A DNA stretch of 64,000 nucleotides, from positions 1,015 through 65,014 of the forward strand of contig JAFYPP010000003.1 in the NCBI GenBank assembly GCA_017559995.1. Reading direction: 5' to 3'. Position numbers and translations under genes: made by a program. The notes below the pieces were generated by a model. It was not told the DNA's origin. It ran no database searches and saw only the letters and a program-made list of their open reading frames with translations. Within the stretch, counting starts at the first letter, position 1, and every line of letters begins with the position of its first letter. Below, piece after piece: positions 28,793 through 38,224 of the stretch. Source of the stretch: Clostridia bacterium. Its GTDB lineage: Bacteria; Bacillota; Clostridia; Oscillospirales; Butyricicoccaceae.

Positions 28793-29789
28793 AGTTTACC
28801 AAGGCCCCTTCCCAGCGTAAATCCGGGCGCAGCATAACCGCATCCTGTGCCAGCAGCCCTTCACATACCTCGACCCATTCTTCCAGTTCCGAACCGGTTT
28901 GAACATTTTGTCTTACCACCCGAAGGCCCTGCAGTTTGAGCACGTACTCCTGCCCGGTCTCATCCTGTGCGATCGCCTCATAGGGCAGCAGCAGCGCGCT
29001 TTCCCGTGCCGCCACAACCACTTTCGCGGCGGCACGGTATCCCGGTCGGAGCACGGTAGGATCAGACGTTCTCATCAGTACGGCGGTCTCACAGGTAGAT
29101 TGGCCTGTAATACTGGTCTTTTCCGTGGCGAAAGGCGCAACGGAAATAATCTCTCCCTGTAATTCACGAATGGAAAACGCCGGAACAGAAATGTAGCAAT
29201 CCATACTGGCCGCAAGCATGCCCACCACGGTCTCACCTGCCATGGCCTCGACACGAAGACTTTCCGGTGTATAAAGTGTGATACACGGCAGCAAAGCGCT
29301 TAACGTTTCCCCCTCCGCCGCGTCGATGGACATCACAAGCGCATCCTTTTCACTATAAAGACAATACGTTTTATCGTCGCCGATCATACCGTTGGTTTGG
29401 ATATCCATACTTTCCAAAAGTTCGGTCGCTCCGTTCAGATCGCCCGCCATGACGGATTCCTGCAGCCGGGTGAAGGCCACCGCTGCAGCGGCCTGCTCCT
29501 CCGCCACAGACTCCACACGCTCCAGCTTCAGCAGACACTGCCCCGCTTTCACCACGTCTCCCTCGGCAACGTATAGCTCCAATACACGGCTTGTACCCCG
29601 CGCGTAAAGCCGTTGTTTCTCTGTGGCGATCACAGTTCCCTGGAGTTGCACCGTATCCTGGATCGGACTGATTTCGGGATACAGAAACTGCAGACGCTCC
29701 GTTGTCCGCTGTTCACGGTAGGCGTACCCTCCCCAGGATACCCCCAATACAGCACCCAGCAACGCAATGACCACAACCGTTTTTTTCAT
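28779..29789 (-). CDS. HlyD/MFP-family periplasmic adaptor subunit
   Basis: 336 aa from ATG 29789, with a GGAGGTGGAGG SD. It has a signal-anchor (MKKTVVVIALLGAVLG), a lipoyl-like hairpin (GDVVKAGQCLLKLE) and a beta-barrel C-terminus. Its 3' end overlaps the permease start by 14 nt. Confidence 0.8.
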   Translation of the reverse strand: MKKTVVVIALLGAVLGVSWGGYAYREQRTTERLQFLYPEISPIQDTVQLQGTVIATEKQRLYARGTSRVLELYVAEGDVVKAGQCLLKLERVESVAEEQAAAAVAFTRLQESVMAGDLNGATELLESMDIQTNGMIGDDKTYCLYSEKDALVMSIDAAEGETLSALLPCITLYTPESLRVEAMAGETVVGMLAASMDCYISVPAFSIRELQGEIISVAPFATEKTSITGQSTCETAVLMRTSDPTVLRPGYRAAAKVVVAARESALLLPYEAIAQDETGQEYVLKLQGLRVVRQNVQTGSELEEWVEVCEGLLAQDAVMLRPDLRWEGALVNFASH

Positions 29790-29864
29790 GCCTCCACCTC
29801 GTTTCTGCTGATATTCTTGCCTGTCCTGCGCAAAATATGAGTACAACAGAACGGAGGTAATGTC

Positions 29865-29999
29865 ATGCAAATTCCCTGTTCCCAGGAGCGATGTGCCTAT
29901 CAATCCTACGGTGAATGTACGCTGAAAACCGTTACCGATGATTGTACCATGAACGAAAAATGCGCTTATTACCGCCCAAAAAGCAAAAAACAGCTGTAA
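29865..29999 (+). CDS. Small Cys-rich protein (44 aa), absent from the ORF track
   Basis: ATG at 29865 is preceded by GGAGGT at 7-nt spacing. It translates to MQIPCSQERCAYQSYGECTLKTVTDDCTMNEKCAYYRPKSKKQL (5 Cys). The stop codon is embedded in a strong terminator hairpin. Confidence 0.55.
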   Translation: MQIPCSQERCAYQSYGECTLKTVTDDCTMNEKCAYYRPKSKKQL

Positions 30000-30028
30000 G
30001 GGTATAGACCCTTACAGCTGTTTTATTT
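29991..30028. terminator. Bidirectional terminator (small ORF / radA)
   Basis: CAGCTGTAAGGG-TATAGA-CCCTTACAGCTG followed by TTTTATTT. It lies 4 nt from the radA stop on the other strand. Confidence 0.85.
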
Positions 30029-30031
30029 CAA

Positions 30032-31399
30032 CTATTCAAAGCATTTCCGTATGGCGTTTTGGACATCCTTGACCGGGATCAGGCGAATCCCCTCGACGCC
30101 CTTCAGGCTGGGAAGATTGTCCTCCGGAAGAATACAGGTTTGGAAGCCCAGGCGCTGCAGTTCTGCAATGCGCTGCGCCGCGCCGGTGACGGCACGGACT
30201 TCGCCGGACAGACCGACCTCACCGAATGCCGCCAGATTCTGCGGAATGCTCCGCTCCAAATAACTGGACGCGATGGCAAGCAGCGCCGCGAGATCCACCG
30301 CCGGCTCGTCCAGATCCATACCGCCAACCACGTTGATATAGGTATCGTAGTTGCCCAACAGCATACCCGCACGCTTTTCCAGGATCGCCAGCAGCAGCAC
30401 CGCACGGTTATAATCGATGCCGGCAGCGGTTCTTCTGGCGGAACCGTAGGCCGACTTGGTCACAAGGCCCTGGATCTCGGCCAAAATGGGTCGTGTTCCT
30501 TCCATCGTTGCCACGACACAGCTGCCGTTGGCGTTTTCCGGCCGACCGCTCAACAGGGCGGCAGAAGGATTCTGCACCTCTTCCAGCCCCAAATGGGTCA
30601 TCTCAAACATACCGATCTCATTGGTGGAGCCAAAGCGGTTTTTGGTGGCTCGCAGCAGCCGGTAAGAGGCATGGCGGTCGCCCTCAAAGTTCAGGACGGC
30701 ATCCACCATATGCTCCAAAACCTTTGGGCCGGCAATACCGCCGTCTTTGTTCACGTGGCCCACCAGGATCACGGAAATGGAATTGGACTTGGCGAACTGC
30801 AAAAGCTGCATGGTACATTCCCGAACCTGTGTCACGCTGCCGGGCACCGACTGCAGCTCGGGGTTGAGCATGGTCTGGATGGAGTCCACGATCATCACCG
30901 CAGGCTTCAGCTTTGCCGCCGAAAGCAAGATCTGGTCGATCTGCGTTTCGGCGCAGATGAGCAGATTTTCTCCGTCGATCCCAAGGCGGTCCGCGCGCAT
31001 TTTGATCTGCGCCAGAGATTCTTCACCCGTCACATACAGCACGCAGGACGAAGCGCACAGGCTCTTGCAGGCCTGCAGCAGCAAAGTGGACTTGCCGATA
31101 CCGGGGGCACCCGACACCAGCACCAGGCTGCCGGTCACCATACCGCCGCCGAGAACACGGTCCAACTCACCGATGCCGGTAGAGAACCGCGCGTCCTCCG
31201 TGCCGGCGATCTCCCGCAGGCGCACCGGCCGGTTTCCGCCGCCGGGTGTCAAAATATCCAGATTCCTTGCGTTCTTATCCTCCCGAACGCGCTCTTCCTC
31301 CATGGTATTCCAGCTTCCGCAGGATGGACATTTTCCGAACCATTTGGGCGAGTCGTATCCGCACTCGGTACATACATAGGCTGTCTTTGTCTTTGCCAT
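30032..31399 (-). CDS. radA: DNA repair protein RadA/Sms
   Basis: 455 aa from ATG 31399. It has an N-terminal C4 zinc finger (YVCTECGY...CPSCGSWNT), a RecA-like Walker A (GAPGIGKST), the KNRFG motif and a Lon-like C-terminal domain. Confidence 0.96.
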   Translation of the reverse strand: MAKTKTAYVCTECGYDSPKWFGKCPSCGSWNTMEEERVREDKNARNLDILTPGGGNRPVRLREIAGTEDARFSTGIGELDRVLGGGMVTGSLVLVSGAPGIGKSTLLLQACKSLCASSCVLYVTGEESLAQIKMRADRLGIDGENLLICAETQIDQILLSAAKLKPAVMIVDSIQTMLNPELQSVPGSVTQVRECTMQLLQFAKSNSISVILVGHVNKDGGIAGPKVLEHMVDAVLNFEGDRHASYRLLRATKNRFGSTNEIGMFEMTHLGLEEVQNPSAALLSGRPENANGSCVVATMEGTRPILAEIQGLVTKSAYGSARRTAAGIDYNRAVLLLAILEKRAGMLLGNYDTYINVVGGMDLDEPAVDLAALLAIASSYLERSIPQNLAAFGEVGLSGEVRAVTGAAQRIAELQRLGFQTCILPEDNLPSLKGVEGIRLIPVKDVQNAIRKCFE

Positions 31400-31403
31400 C
31401 GTT

Positions 31404-32114
31404 CTATCCCCTACTATAACGTTCATAACCGCTGACCAGTGCCAGCGCGATCTTGGTTTGATAATCGTCCCGCTGCAGTTTGGCGCACTCCTCCTCGTTG
31501 GAAAGAAATCCGCACTCCACCGTCACCGCCGGGCCCTGAATGTTCTTCATCAAAAACACGCCTTCCGGCGCCGGCTTGCAGACACGTTGGTTTTCCGGGT
31601 CCAACGCCGTCCGCAGCGCCTCTTGCAGGGTCTGGGCCAGTTGTTCCCCCGCCCCGCCATAAAAGACCTGTGCGCCGGCGTATTGCGGCTGTGAGAACTT
31701 GTTCAGGTGAATACTGACAAACGGACATTCCGGATAGTCCCGCGCGATCTCCAACCGGGCGTGGAGGTCGGCGTTTTTATTCTCCCGCGCGCTTGCGTCC
31801 GGGCGGTATCCCAGCGATGTGTCGTCGTTTCTGGTCATCAGCGCCGTTTTTCCGCAGAAGCCAAACAGCGCCTGGGTCTTTTGCGCCACGACCAGCGTGA
31901 TGGGCGCTTCACAAACCCCGTCCGCCGATACCGCGCCTCCGTCAAGACCGCCGTGTCCGGCGTCCAGGATCACGTCCACCTGCATCTCCACAAGCTCCGA
32001 CGCGAACCGGGTTTTGCTATTTACAACGATCATCAATATTATAGCAATCAAAGTCAGGAAAGTCAAAATTCCATAAAACAGTAAGGTTTTCCAGCGAAAG
32101 CCGCCCATACGCAC
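31404..32114 (-). CDS. cwlD: N-acetylmuramoyl-L-alanine amidase, CwlD-like (germination-specific)
   Basis: 236 aa with an N-terminal TM and an amidase_3 fold (ILDAGHGGLDGGAV, SIHLN). Its size and sporulation context fit CwlD. Confidence 0.8.
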   Translation of the reverse strand: MRMGGFRWKTLLFYGILTFLTLIAIILMIVVNSKTRFASELVEMQVDVILDAGHGGLDGGAVSADGVCEAPITLVVAQKTQALFGFCGKTALMTRNDDTSLGYRPDASARENKNADLHARLEIARDYPECPFVSIHLNKFSQPQYAGAQVFYGGAGEQLAQTLQEALRTALDPENQRVCKPAPEGVFLMKNIQGPAVTVECGFLSNEEECAKLQRDDYQTKIALALVSGYERYSRG

Positions 32115-32117
32115 CTC

Positions 32118-32507
32118 TCAATCGGTCACACCGGACAGGATCGCGCCGGCAAGTCCCCCGACCAGCATGGCTCCCACCGACAATGCCAGCCGTCCGGCCT
32201 GCATGGGTGCCGAAAAAAGCAGCATTCCGCCGATCATCAGCACGGAGCCGTATAGCATTACGCTCAAAAGGCCGCACATTAGCTTTTTCCGATTCTTTAA
32301 CGCCGCAAACCACGCACAGAGAAGTGCGGAAACCGCAAGGATCATCGGCCCCAACCATCGGCAAGCCTCCAGCTTGAGCAGTTCTCCGTGCAAGGCCAGT
32401 GCCGCAAGCAAGGTAAGCGCAAGTGTCCCTGTTATCCCAAAGACACTCCCGGTAACAATGCGCCCGGGCAGGATCTCGCAATTTTCAAGATCGCGTATTT
32501 TGGACAT
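32118..32507 (-). CDS. Small 4-TM membrane protein (TIGR04086/YrzE-like)
   Basis: 129 aa from ATG 32507, with a GGGAGG SD. It is hydrophobic and sits downstream of yajC, as in many Clostridia. The family assignment is from memory only. Confidence 0.5.
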   Translation of the reverse strand: MSKIRDLENCEILPGRIVTGSVFGITGTLALTLLAALALHGELLKLEACRWLGPMILAVSALLCAWFAALKNRKKLMCGLLSVMLYGSVLMIGGMLLFSAPMQAGRLALSVGAMLVGGLAGAILSGVTD

Positions 32508-32562
32508 AAAAAAACCTCCCGCACAGTTCTTACAAAAAACTATGCGGGAAGGCATGCGAACA

Positions 32563-32913
32563 TTACTTGGATTCTTCGGTCTCCTTAGACTCTTCCTCGG
32601 CAGCTTCGGCACCCTCGCGGGTCTGGATGGCCCACTTCTTGACGGTCAGGCGGGTCTTGGCAGCGCCGGTCTCGAAGGTGACTTCGTCATCCTTGACGGA
32701 CAGGATGCGGCCGGTAAAACCACCGATGGTGACGATTTTGTCGCCGGCCTGCAGGCTGGCGCGCAGCTGACGGTCGGCCTTTTCCTTCTTCTTCTGGGGA
32801 CGGATCAGCATGAAGTAGAACAGAGCCACCATGATACCCAGCCAAATGAAGGTGCCGTAGGTGCCCATGGCGCCGCCTTCGCTGGTAGCATACAGGTTAA
32901 AGAAATTGGTCAT
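32563..32913 (-). CDS. yajC: Preprotein translocase subunit YajC
   Basis: 116 aa from ATG 32913, with a GGAGG SD. It has one TM followed by LIRPQKKKEK...LQAGDKIVTIGGFTGRI, the YajC signature. Confidence 0.92.
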   Translation of the reverse strand: MTNFFNLYATSEGGAMGTYGTFIWLGIMVALFYFMLIRPQKKKEKADRQLRASLQAGDKIVTIGGFTGRILSVKDDEVTFETGAAKTRLTVKKWAIQTREGAEAAEEESKETEESK

Positions 32914-32978
32914 AATTGCCTCCATTGAAAATGATAATGAAAATATTATAGCAGAAACAGTTGGAAAAACAAGGGTGC

Positions 32979-34109
32979 TTAGATTCTTTTTACAAGTTTT
33001 TCGCTGTTTTCACGGCGGAACTCTTCAAATCTGCCCTCTTCAATGGCCAGACGGATCTGTGCCATCAGGTTGTTGTAGAAATACAGATTGTGCATGACAG
33101 CCAGACGCATACCCAGCATCTCCCCTGCCTTCAGCAGATGGCGCACATAGCCGCGGGAGTACTGCTGACACACCGGGCAGTTGCAGTTGGGATCGATGGG
33201 ACGGGGATCGGTCATGTACTTGGCGTTGTTCAGGTTGATGGCGCCTTCGGAGGTAAACACATGACCGTGACGGGCATTTCGGGAGGGCATAACGCAGTCA
33301 AAGAAATCCACGCCCCTTGCAACCGCTTCAATGATGTTGGAAGGCGTACCAACGCCCATCAGGTAGCGGGGACGGTCAACGGGCATATGAGGCTCCACAG
33401 CCTCAATGATCTCGTACATCACCTCGGCAGGCTCGCCAACCGCCAGACCGCCGATGGCGTAACCGGGCAGATCCAGTTCCCGGATCTCCTTCATGTGTTT
33501 CACACGGAGATCCTTATAGGTACCGCCCTGATTGATGCCCCACAGCATCTGGCCGGGGTTCACGGTGTCGGGGCGCTGCTTGAGGCGCTCCAGCTCGTCC
33601 TTGCAGCGGTGGAGCCAACGGGTGGTACGGTCACAGGATTTGGCCACGTAATCGTGCTTTGCAGGGTTTTCGATACACTCGTCAAAGGCCATGGCGATAT
33701 CAGAGCCCAGCGCCCACTGAATGAGCATGCTCTCCTCCGGGCCCATGAAGATATGGCGGCCGTCGGTGTGGGCGTTGAAATACACGCCCTCTTCCTTGAT
33801 CTTGCGCAGGACGGACAGGGAGAACACCTGAAATCCGCCGCTGTCGGTGAGGATCGGGCCATCCCAATTCATGAACTTGTGCAGGCCGCCCAGGGACTTT
33901 ACAACGTCCTGACCGGGGCGCACATGGAGATGGTAGGTATTGGACAGTTCCACCTGACAACCCACACGGCGCAGATCTTCGGCAGAAAGACCGCCCTTGA
34001 TGGCAGCCTGGGTACCCACGTTCATAAAGACAGGGGTCTGCACCGTGCCGTGAGCGGTTTGGAACTCGCCGCGGCGTGCCTTTCCGTCAGTAGTGATCAG
34101 TTTAAACAT
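32979..34109 (-). CDS. tgt: Queuine tRNA-ribosyltransferase
   Basis: 376 aa from ATG 34109, with a GGAGG SD. It has TPVFMNVGT, LTDSGGFQ and the zinc site CxCxxC...H (CNCPVCQQYSRGYVRH). Confidence 0.96.
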   Translation of the reverse strand: MFKLITTDGKARRGEFQTAHGTVQTPVFMNVGTQAAIKGGLSAEDLRRVGCQVELSNTYHLHVRPGQDVVKSLGGLHKFMNWDGPILTDSGGFQVFSLSVLRKIKEEGVYFNAHTDGRHIFMGPEESMLIQWALGSDIAMAFDECIENPAKHDYVAKSCDRTTRWLHRCKDELERLKQRPDTVNPGQMLWGINQGGTYKDLRVKHMKEIRELDLPGYAIGGLAVGEPAEVMYEIIEAVEPHMPVDRPRYLMGVGTPSNIIEAVARGVDFFDCVMPSRNARHGHVFTSEGAINLNNAKYMTDPRPIDPNCNCPVCQQYSRGYVRHLLKAGEMLGMRLAVMHNLYFYNNLMAQIRLAIEEGRFEEFRRENSEKLVKRI

Positions 34110-35319
34110 AATTTTCCTCCGATAGCGCTGCCAAAGCCGATTCATCCGGCAGCGATTCAACATTCTTCAATGTACGCTGGATCTGTCGGGTACGGGTACC
34201 CACCAGCTTGTCCAGCTCGGCATTGGCCTGATTCAAGCGGTTCTGGGTAGCCTCCAGCACGGTGGCAAACTTATCAAACTCGCCCTTGACGGCGCCAAGC
34301 ACCTTCCAGACCTCGCTGGAGCGCTTCTGGATAGCCAGCGTACGGAAACCCATCTGCAGGCTGTTCAGCAACGCGCTCATGGTGGTGGGGCCGGCCAAGG
34401 TCACTTTATGCTCACGCTGCAGCACCTCCACCATACCGGCCCGAACCAGTTCGGCGTACAACCCCTCCACGGGAATAAACAGGATGGCAAAATCGGTGGT
34501 GTTGGGCGGATCGATATACTTGGTCTGCACGTCCTTGGCAAAGCCCTTTACACGGGTCTTAAGCGCCTTGACGGCGGTCTCCACCTGGGCGGCGTCTGCG
34601 GAATCATAGGCGGCAAGCACCTGTTCATAGGCATCCAGCGGGAACTTGGCATCAATGGGCAGCCAAACGGGGCTTCCGTCCGTGCCGGGCAGGCGAATGG
34701 CGTATTCCACATTGGCCTGACTTCCCTGCTTGGTCGCCACATTGACGGCGTACTGGTCGGGCGTCAGCAGCTGCTCCAGAATGGCGCCCAGCTGTACTTC
34801 ACCGAGAACGCCTCGGGTCTTGACGTTGGAAAGCACCTTCTTCAGGTCGCCCACGCCCTGGGCAAGGGTCTGCATTTCGCCCAGGCCCTTATACACCTGC
34901 TCCAGACGCTGGGAGACCAGCTGGAAGGAGTCATTCAGCTTACGGTCCAGGGTCTCCTGCAGTTTTTCATCCACGGTTTTGCGAATGCTGTCCAGCTGTG
35001 CCTGGTTGCCGGTCTGCATACGCTCCAGACTTTCGTTCATGGTGCGGCGCAGATGCTCCAGCTTCTGCTCGGTCTGCATGGCACCGCTGACCTGCTGGGC
35101 CTGCAGCTTTTCCAGCCAGCCGTCCACCGACTGCAGCAGCAGATCCTGCCGTGCCGACAGGGCCGCATCGCCCTTCTGGCTGTCCTGCAGGGTATTCTGC
35201 AGCTGGGCAAGCTGCTTTTCCAGCTCATCCATGCGCTGCAGTTTGCGGTTCTGCAGCAGGATCAGCACAAGACCCATGACAGCCGCAACTGCGGCAATAA
35301 TCGAAAATACAATCATCAT
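34102..35319 (-). CDS. rmuC: DNA recombination protein RmuC
   Basis: 405 aa with an N-terminal TM, a long coiled coil and a C-terminal RmuC nuclease-like domain (VEYAIRLPG...WLPIDAKFP...FAILFIPVEGLY). Confidence 0.88.
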   Translation of the reverse strand: MMIVFSIIAAVAAVMGLVLILLQNRKLQRMDELEKQLAQLQNTLQDSQKGDAALSARQDLLLQSVDGWLEKLQAQQVSGAMQTEQKLEHLRRTMNESLERMQTGNQAQLDSIRKTVDEKLQETLDRKLNDSFQLVSQRLEQVYKGLGEMQTLAQGVGDLKKVLSNVKTRGVLGEVQLGAILEQLLTPDQYAVNVATKQGSQANVEYAIRLPGTDGSPVWLPIDAKFPLDAYEQVLAAYDSADAAQVETAVKALKTRVKGFAKDVQTKYIDPPNTTDFAILFIPVEGLYAELVRAGMVEVLQREHKVTLAGPTTMSALLNSLQMGFRTLAIQKRSSEVWKVLGAVKGEFDKFATVLEATQNRLNQANAELDKLVGTRTRQIQRTLKNVESLPDESALAALSEENYV

Positions 35320-36347
35320 CAGTACAAAAACATGGCGTCGCCGAAGCTGAAGAAGCGATACTTCTCCCGCACGGCCTCTTCATACGCCGCCAGCACCTTT
35401 TCCCTGCTGCTGAACGCCGAGATCAGCATGATCAGCGTGCTTTCGGGCAGATGGAAATTGGTGATGATGGCATCCAATCCCTTGAAGGTATAGCCGGGGT
35501 AAATGAAAATGCTGGTGCTGCCGCTGCCGGCGTGCGTCACGTGATTTTCATCGGTGGTGGACTCAATGGTACGGCAGGACGTGGTACCCACGCAGATCAC
35601 ACGGCTGCCGCGGGCACGGGCGGCGTTGATACGGGCGGCGGCCTCTTCGGTGACGTTGTACCGCTCGGAATGCATCACGTGATCGGTGATCTCGTCCTCC
35701 TTAACGGGACGGAAGGTGCCCAGACCCACGTGCAGGGTCACGCGGACGATGTCCACGCCCTTCTCCTCGATCTTTTTCAGTAGTTCGGGGGTGAAGTGCA
35801 GACCCGCGGTGGGCGCGGCGGCGGAGCCGTTATTCTTGGAATACACCGTCTGATAACGTTCCTGGTCGCCCAGTTTCTCCTTGATATAGGGCGGCAGAGG
35901 CATGGTGCCCAGACGCTCAAGATGCTCCAGGAAAATGCCCTCGTAGCAGAAGCGCACCAGGCGGTTGCCGTCGGGTTTCACGCCTTCCACCACGGCGGTC
36001 AGCTGACCGTCACCAAAGGAAATGGTGGCGCCCTCCTTCAAGCGGCGTCCGGGGTAAACGATGCAGTCCCACAGATCCCCTTCCACGTTTTCCAGCAGAA
36101 GCACTTCCACGGCCGCGCTGCCGCCGCCGGTCTTCTGTCCGTACAGACGGGCAGGCAGCACCCGGGTGTCGTTGATCACCAGACAGTCACCGGGCACCAA
36201 ATGATCCAAAATGTCATAGAAATGCTCATGACCGACCTTGCCGGTATGGCGGTCCAAAGTCATCAGCCGGGAATGATCCCGCTGCAGCAGCGGAGTTTGC
36301 GCGATCAGCTCTTCGGGCAGATCGTAGTAAAAATCAGACTTTTTCAA
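35319..36347 (-). CDS. queA: S-adenosylmethionine:tRNA ribosyltransferase-isomerase
   Basis: 342 aa with [26 protein letters not shown] and [10 protein letters not shown]. Its stop overlaps the rmuC ATG (ATGA). Confidence 0.96.
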   Translation of the reverse strand: MKKSDFYYDLPEELIAQTPLLQRDHSRLMTLDRHTGKVGHEHFYDILDHLVPGDCLVINDTRVLPARLYGQKTGGGSAAVEVLLLENVEGDLWDCIVYPGRRLKEGATISFGDGQLTAVVEGVKPDGNRLVRFCYEGIFLEHLERLGTMPLPPYIKEKLGDQERYQTVYSKNNGSAAAPTAGLHFTPELLKKIEEKGVDIVRVTLHVGLGTFRPVKEDEITDHVMHSERYNVTEEAAARINAARARGSRVICVGTTSCRTIESTTDENHVTHAGSGSTSIFIYPGYTFKGLDAIITNFHLPESTLIMLISAFSSREKVLAAYEEAVREKYRFFSFGDAMFLY

Positions 36348-36357
36348 TGGTTTATCC

Positions 36358-38034
36358 TCAATTCGGATCGTAATAGTCTACTTCCGCGCCGGTGAAGTAG
36401 AACTCAATAATTTCTTCATAGTCAAAGCCCGCATTGGCCATAGACTTGGCGCCTTCCTGGCTGAGGCCGATATTATGGCCGGAGCCGGTACCGGTAATGG
36501 TGTACTCGCCTTTCTTATGCTCTTGGCGCTGGGGTTCGGTGATGGTGACCTCCTCAATACCGCGGGCGGTCAGGGCCACGGGGCCGTCATCAAAATCCAG
36601 TTCTTCGGCGTTTCTGCCGTCGCCCTGGGCATACAGGTCGCTCAAAGCCACCGGCTTGCCGTTGATGTTCACCGTCCTCTCACCGGTATCGCCGTTGATG
36701 GTGTAGCGGTGGCTGCCCACCGTATAGCCCAGCGTCGTGCTGTTCAGCGCCGTTCTGGCCCGGTCGCCGGTAAAGGTCTTGGTGCTGCCGTCCTCCAGTT
36801 CCACCGTCAGCGCCAGCACGTTGCCCACGTCGCTGTATTTGCTGACGTACAGGTCGGTAACATCCTTGGTGATATAGCCCTTGTTCTGCAGGATCCAGGA
36901 GATCTCGTCCAGCGTAATGGTAAAGCTGAAAGGCCGGGTACTCTCCAGATAGGTATCCTCCACCGCTTTCAGGTAAGGGATATCCTTACCCCAGATGTTG
37001 CCCGCATCCTCGGTGTAGCCGCCGCTGGAGGCGTGGTAATAGGTTTGACAGATCTTGCCGTCATAAACCACAAACAGGCCGTCCACATCTTCTACCGCGC
37101 CGTCGCTGACCTCGGTAGCCTTGTTGGTGCCGTAATACACCTGACAGTCGGTGGTGTTGCACAGGTCAAAGCCCTTGGCCCGATGCTTATTTACGTTGTT
37201 CACCGTATAACTCTTGGCGCACAGAGCCTGCGCCTTCTGGGCCTCCACAGGCCAGCTGGGGCTAACCTCGTAAGGGATAACACCCTTGACATAATCGGTA
37301 AGGCCGATCACGTTGATGACGTTGATATTGTTTCCGCTGACACGGTTATACTCAAAACCGCCGTAATACATGTAACCCTTGAACCAGGTCTGCTCGCTCT
37401 TAGGCATAATGCCCAGCGGATACTCACCCAGCATATCGAACTGATAGAGGATATCGGAGGTGCCGGTGACCACCACCGTGTAACAGGTGCCATTGGGCAC
37501 ACGGCGCTCCACATCCCAGCCAATGGCTTCGGACACTTCGTCGATCATCTCATTGGCGGCCTCGCCGTTGATGTACTGGCCGATACGCACACGGTAGCCG
37601 CCGGGCGTATAGCAAAGGTAGGCGTCGTAATCCGCGTCCTCCACCTCATCGATCACATCAAGGGCGTCATCCAGCTCTTCGAAGTATTCATCGATCTGCA
37701 GGCAGTAGGCGCACACCATATCGTTGTAGTTGGCCAGAGGGGTATCTGAATAGGTATTACCGGAAAGCCACAGATTGGTGTTTTTCAGGACGGTGATCTT
37801 GTTTTCGTCCTCTACTTCGTAGGTGGACACGAACTCCCGATCCTCGTCGAAATAGCCGAACGTATAGCCGGTATCCATGCCGGAGACGTTCTGCAGATTG
37901 GCGGCAACCAACGCGTTGCTGTCATAGCTGAGACCCACCTTGATGATGGGGTCATAGTTTCGCGCGGCGGATGTATTGGGTAAAAATGCCAGAAACAGGC
38001 ATAAAACAACGCAAAGGGAAAGGATTTTTTTCAT
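36358..38034 (-). CDS. SpoIID/LytB-domain protein (long form)
   Basis: 558 aa from ATG 38034, with signal peptide [24 protein letters not shown]. SpoIID-type blocks are present: [32 protein letters not shown] and [13 protein letters not shown]. The track ORF extends 89 codons further upstream without support. Confidence 0.8.
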   Translation of the reverse strand: MKKILSLCVVLCLFLAFLPNTSAARNYDPIIKVGLSYDSNALVAANLQNVSGMDTGYTFGYFDEDREFVSTYEVEDENKITVLKNTNLWLSGNTYSDTPLANYNDMVCAYCLQIDEYFEELDDALDVIDEVEDADYDAYLCYTPGGYRVRIGQYINGEAANEMIDEVSEAIGWDVERRVPNGTCYTVVVTGTSDILYQFDMLGEYPLGIMPKSEQTWFKGYMYYGGFEYNRVSGNNINVINVIGLTDYVKGVIPYEVSPSWPVEAQKAQALCAKSYTVNNVNKHRAKGFDLCNTTDCQVYYGTNKATEVSDGAVEDVDGLFVVYDGKICQTYYHASSGGYTEDAGNIWGKDIPYLKAVEDTYLESTRPFSFTITLDEISWILQNKGYITKDVTDLYVSKYSDVGNVLALTVELEDGSTKTFTGDRARTALNSTTLGYTVGSHRYTINGDTGERTVNINGKPVALSDLYAQGDGRNAEELDFDDGPVALTARGIEEVTITEPQRQEHKKGEYTITGTGSGHNIGLSQEGAKSMANAGFDYEEIIEFYFTGAEVDYYDPN

Positions 38035-38224
38035 AGGGCACCTCATCAGTTTTCGCATATACGGGCAGAGTACCGATATTTTATTTATTATACAGCAAAT
38101 ACAGACATAATTCAATGAAAAACGGCAAGTTCCGTACAAAAAAGTACACCGTTTCACCCTTCCGCGCGGTGCTGCATAGATTGGAATGAAGGTATCCTTC
38201 AATCTCAATCGGGAGGTAAATGCT

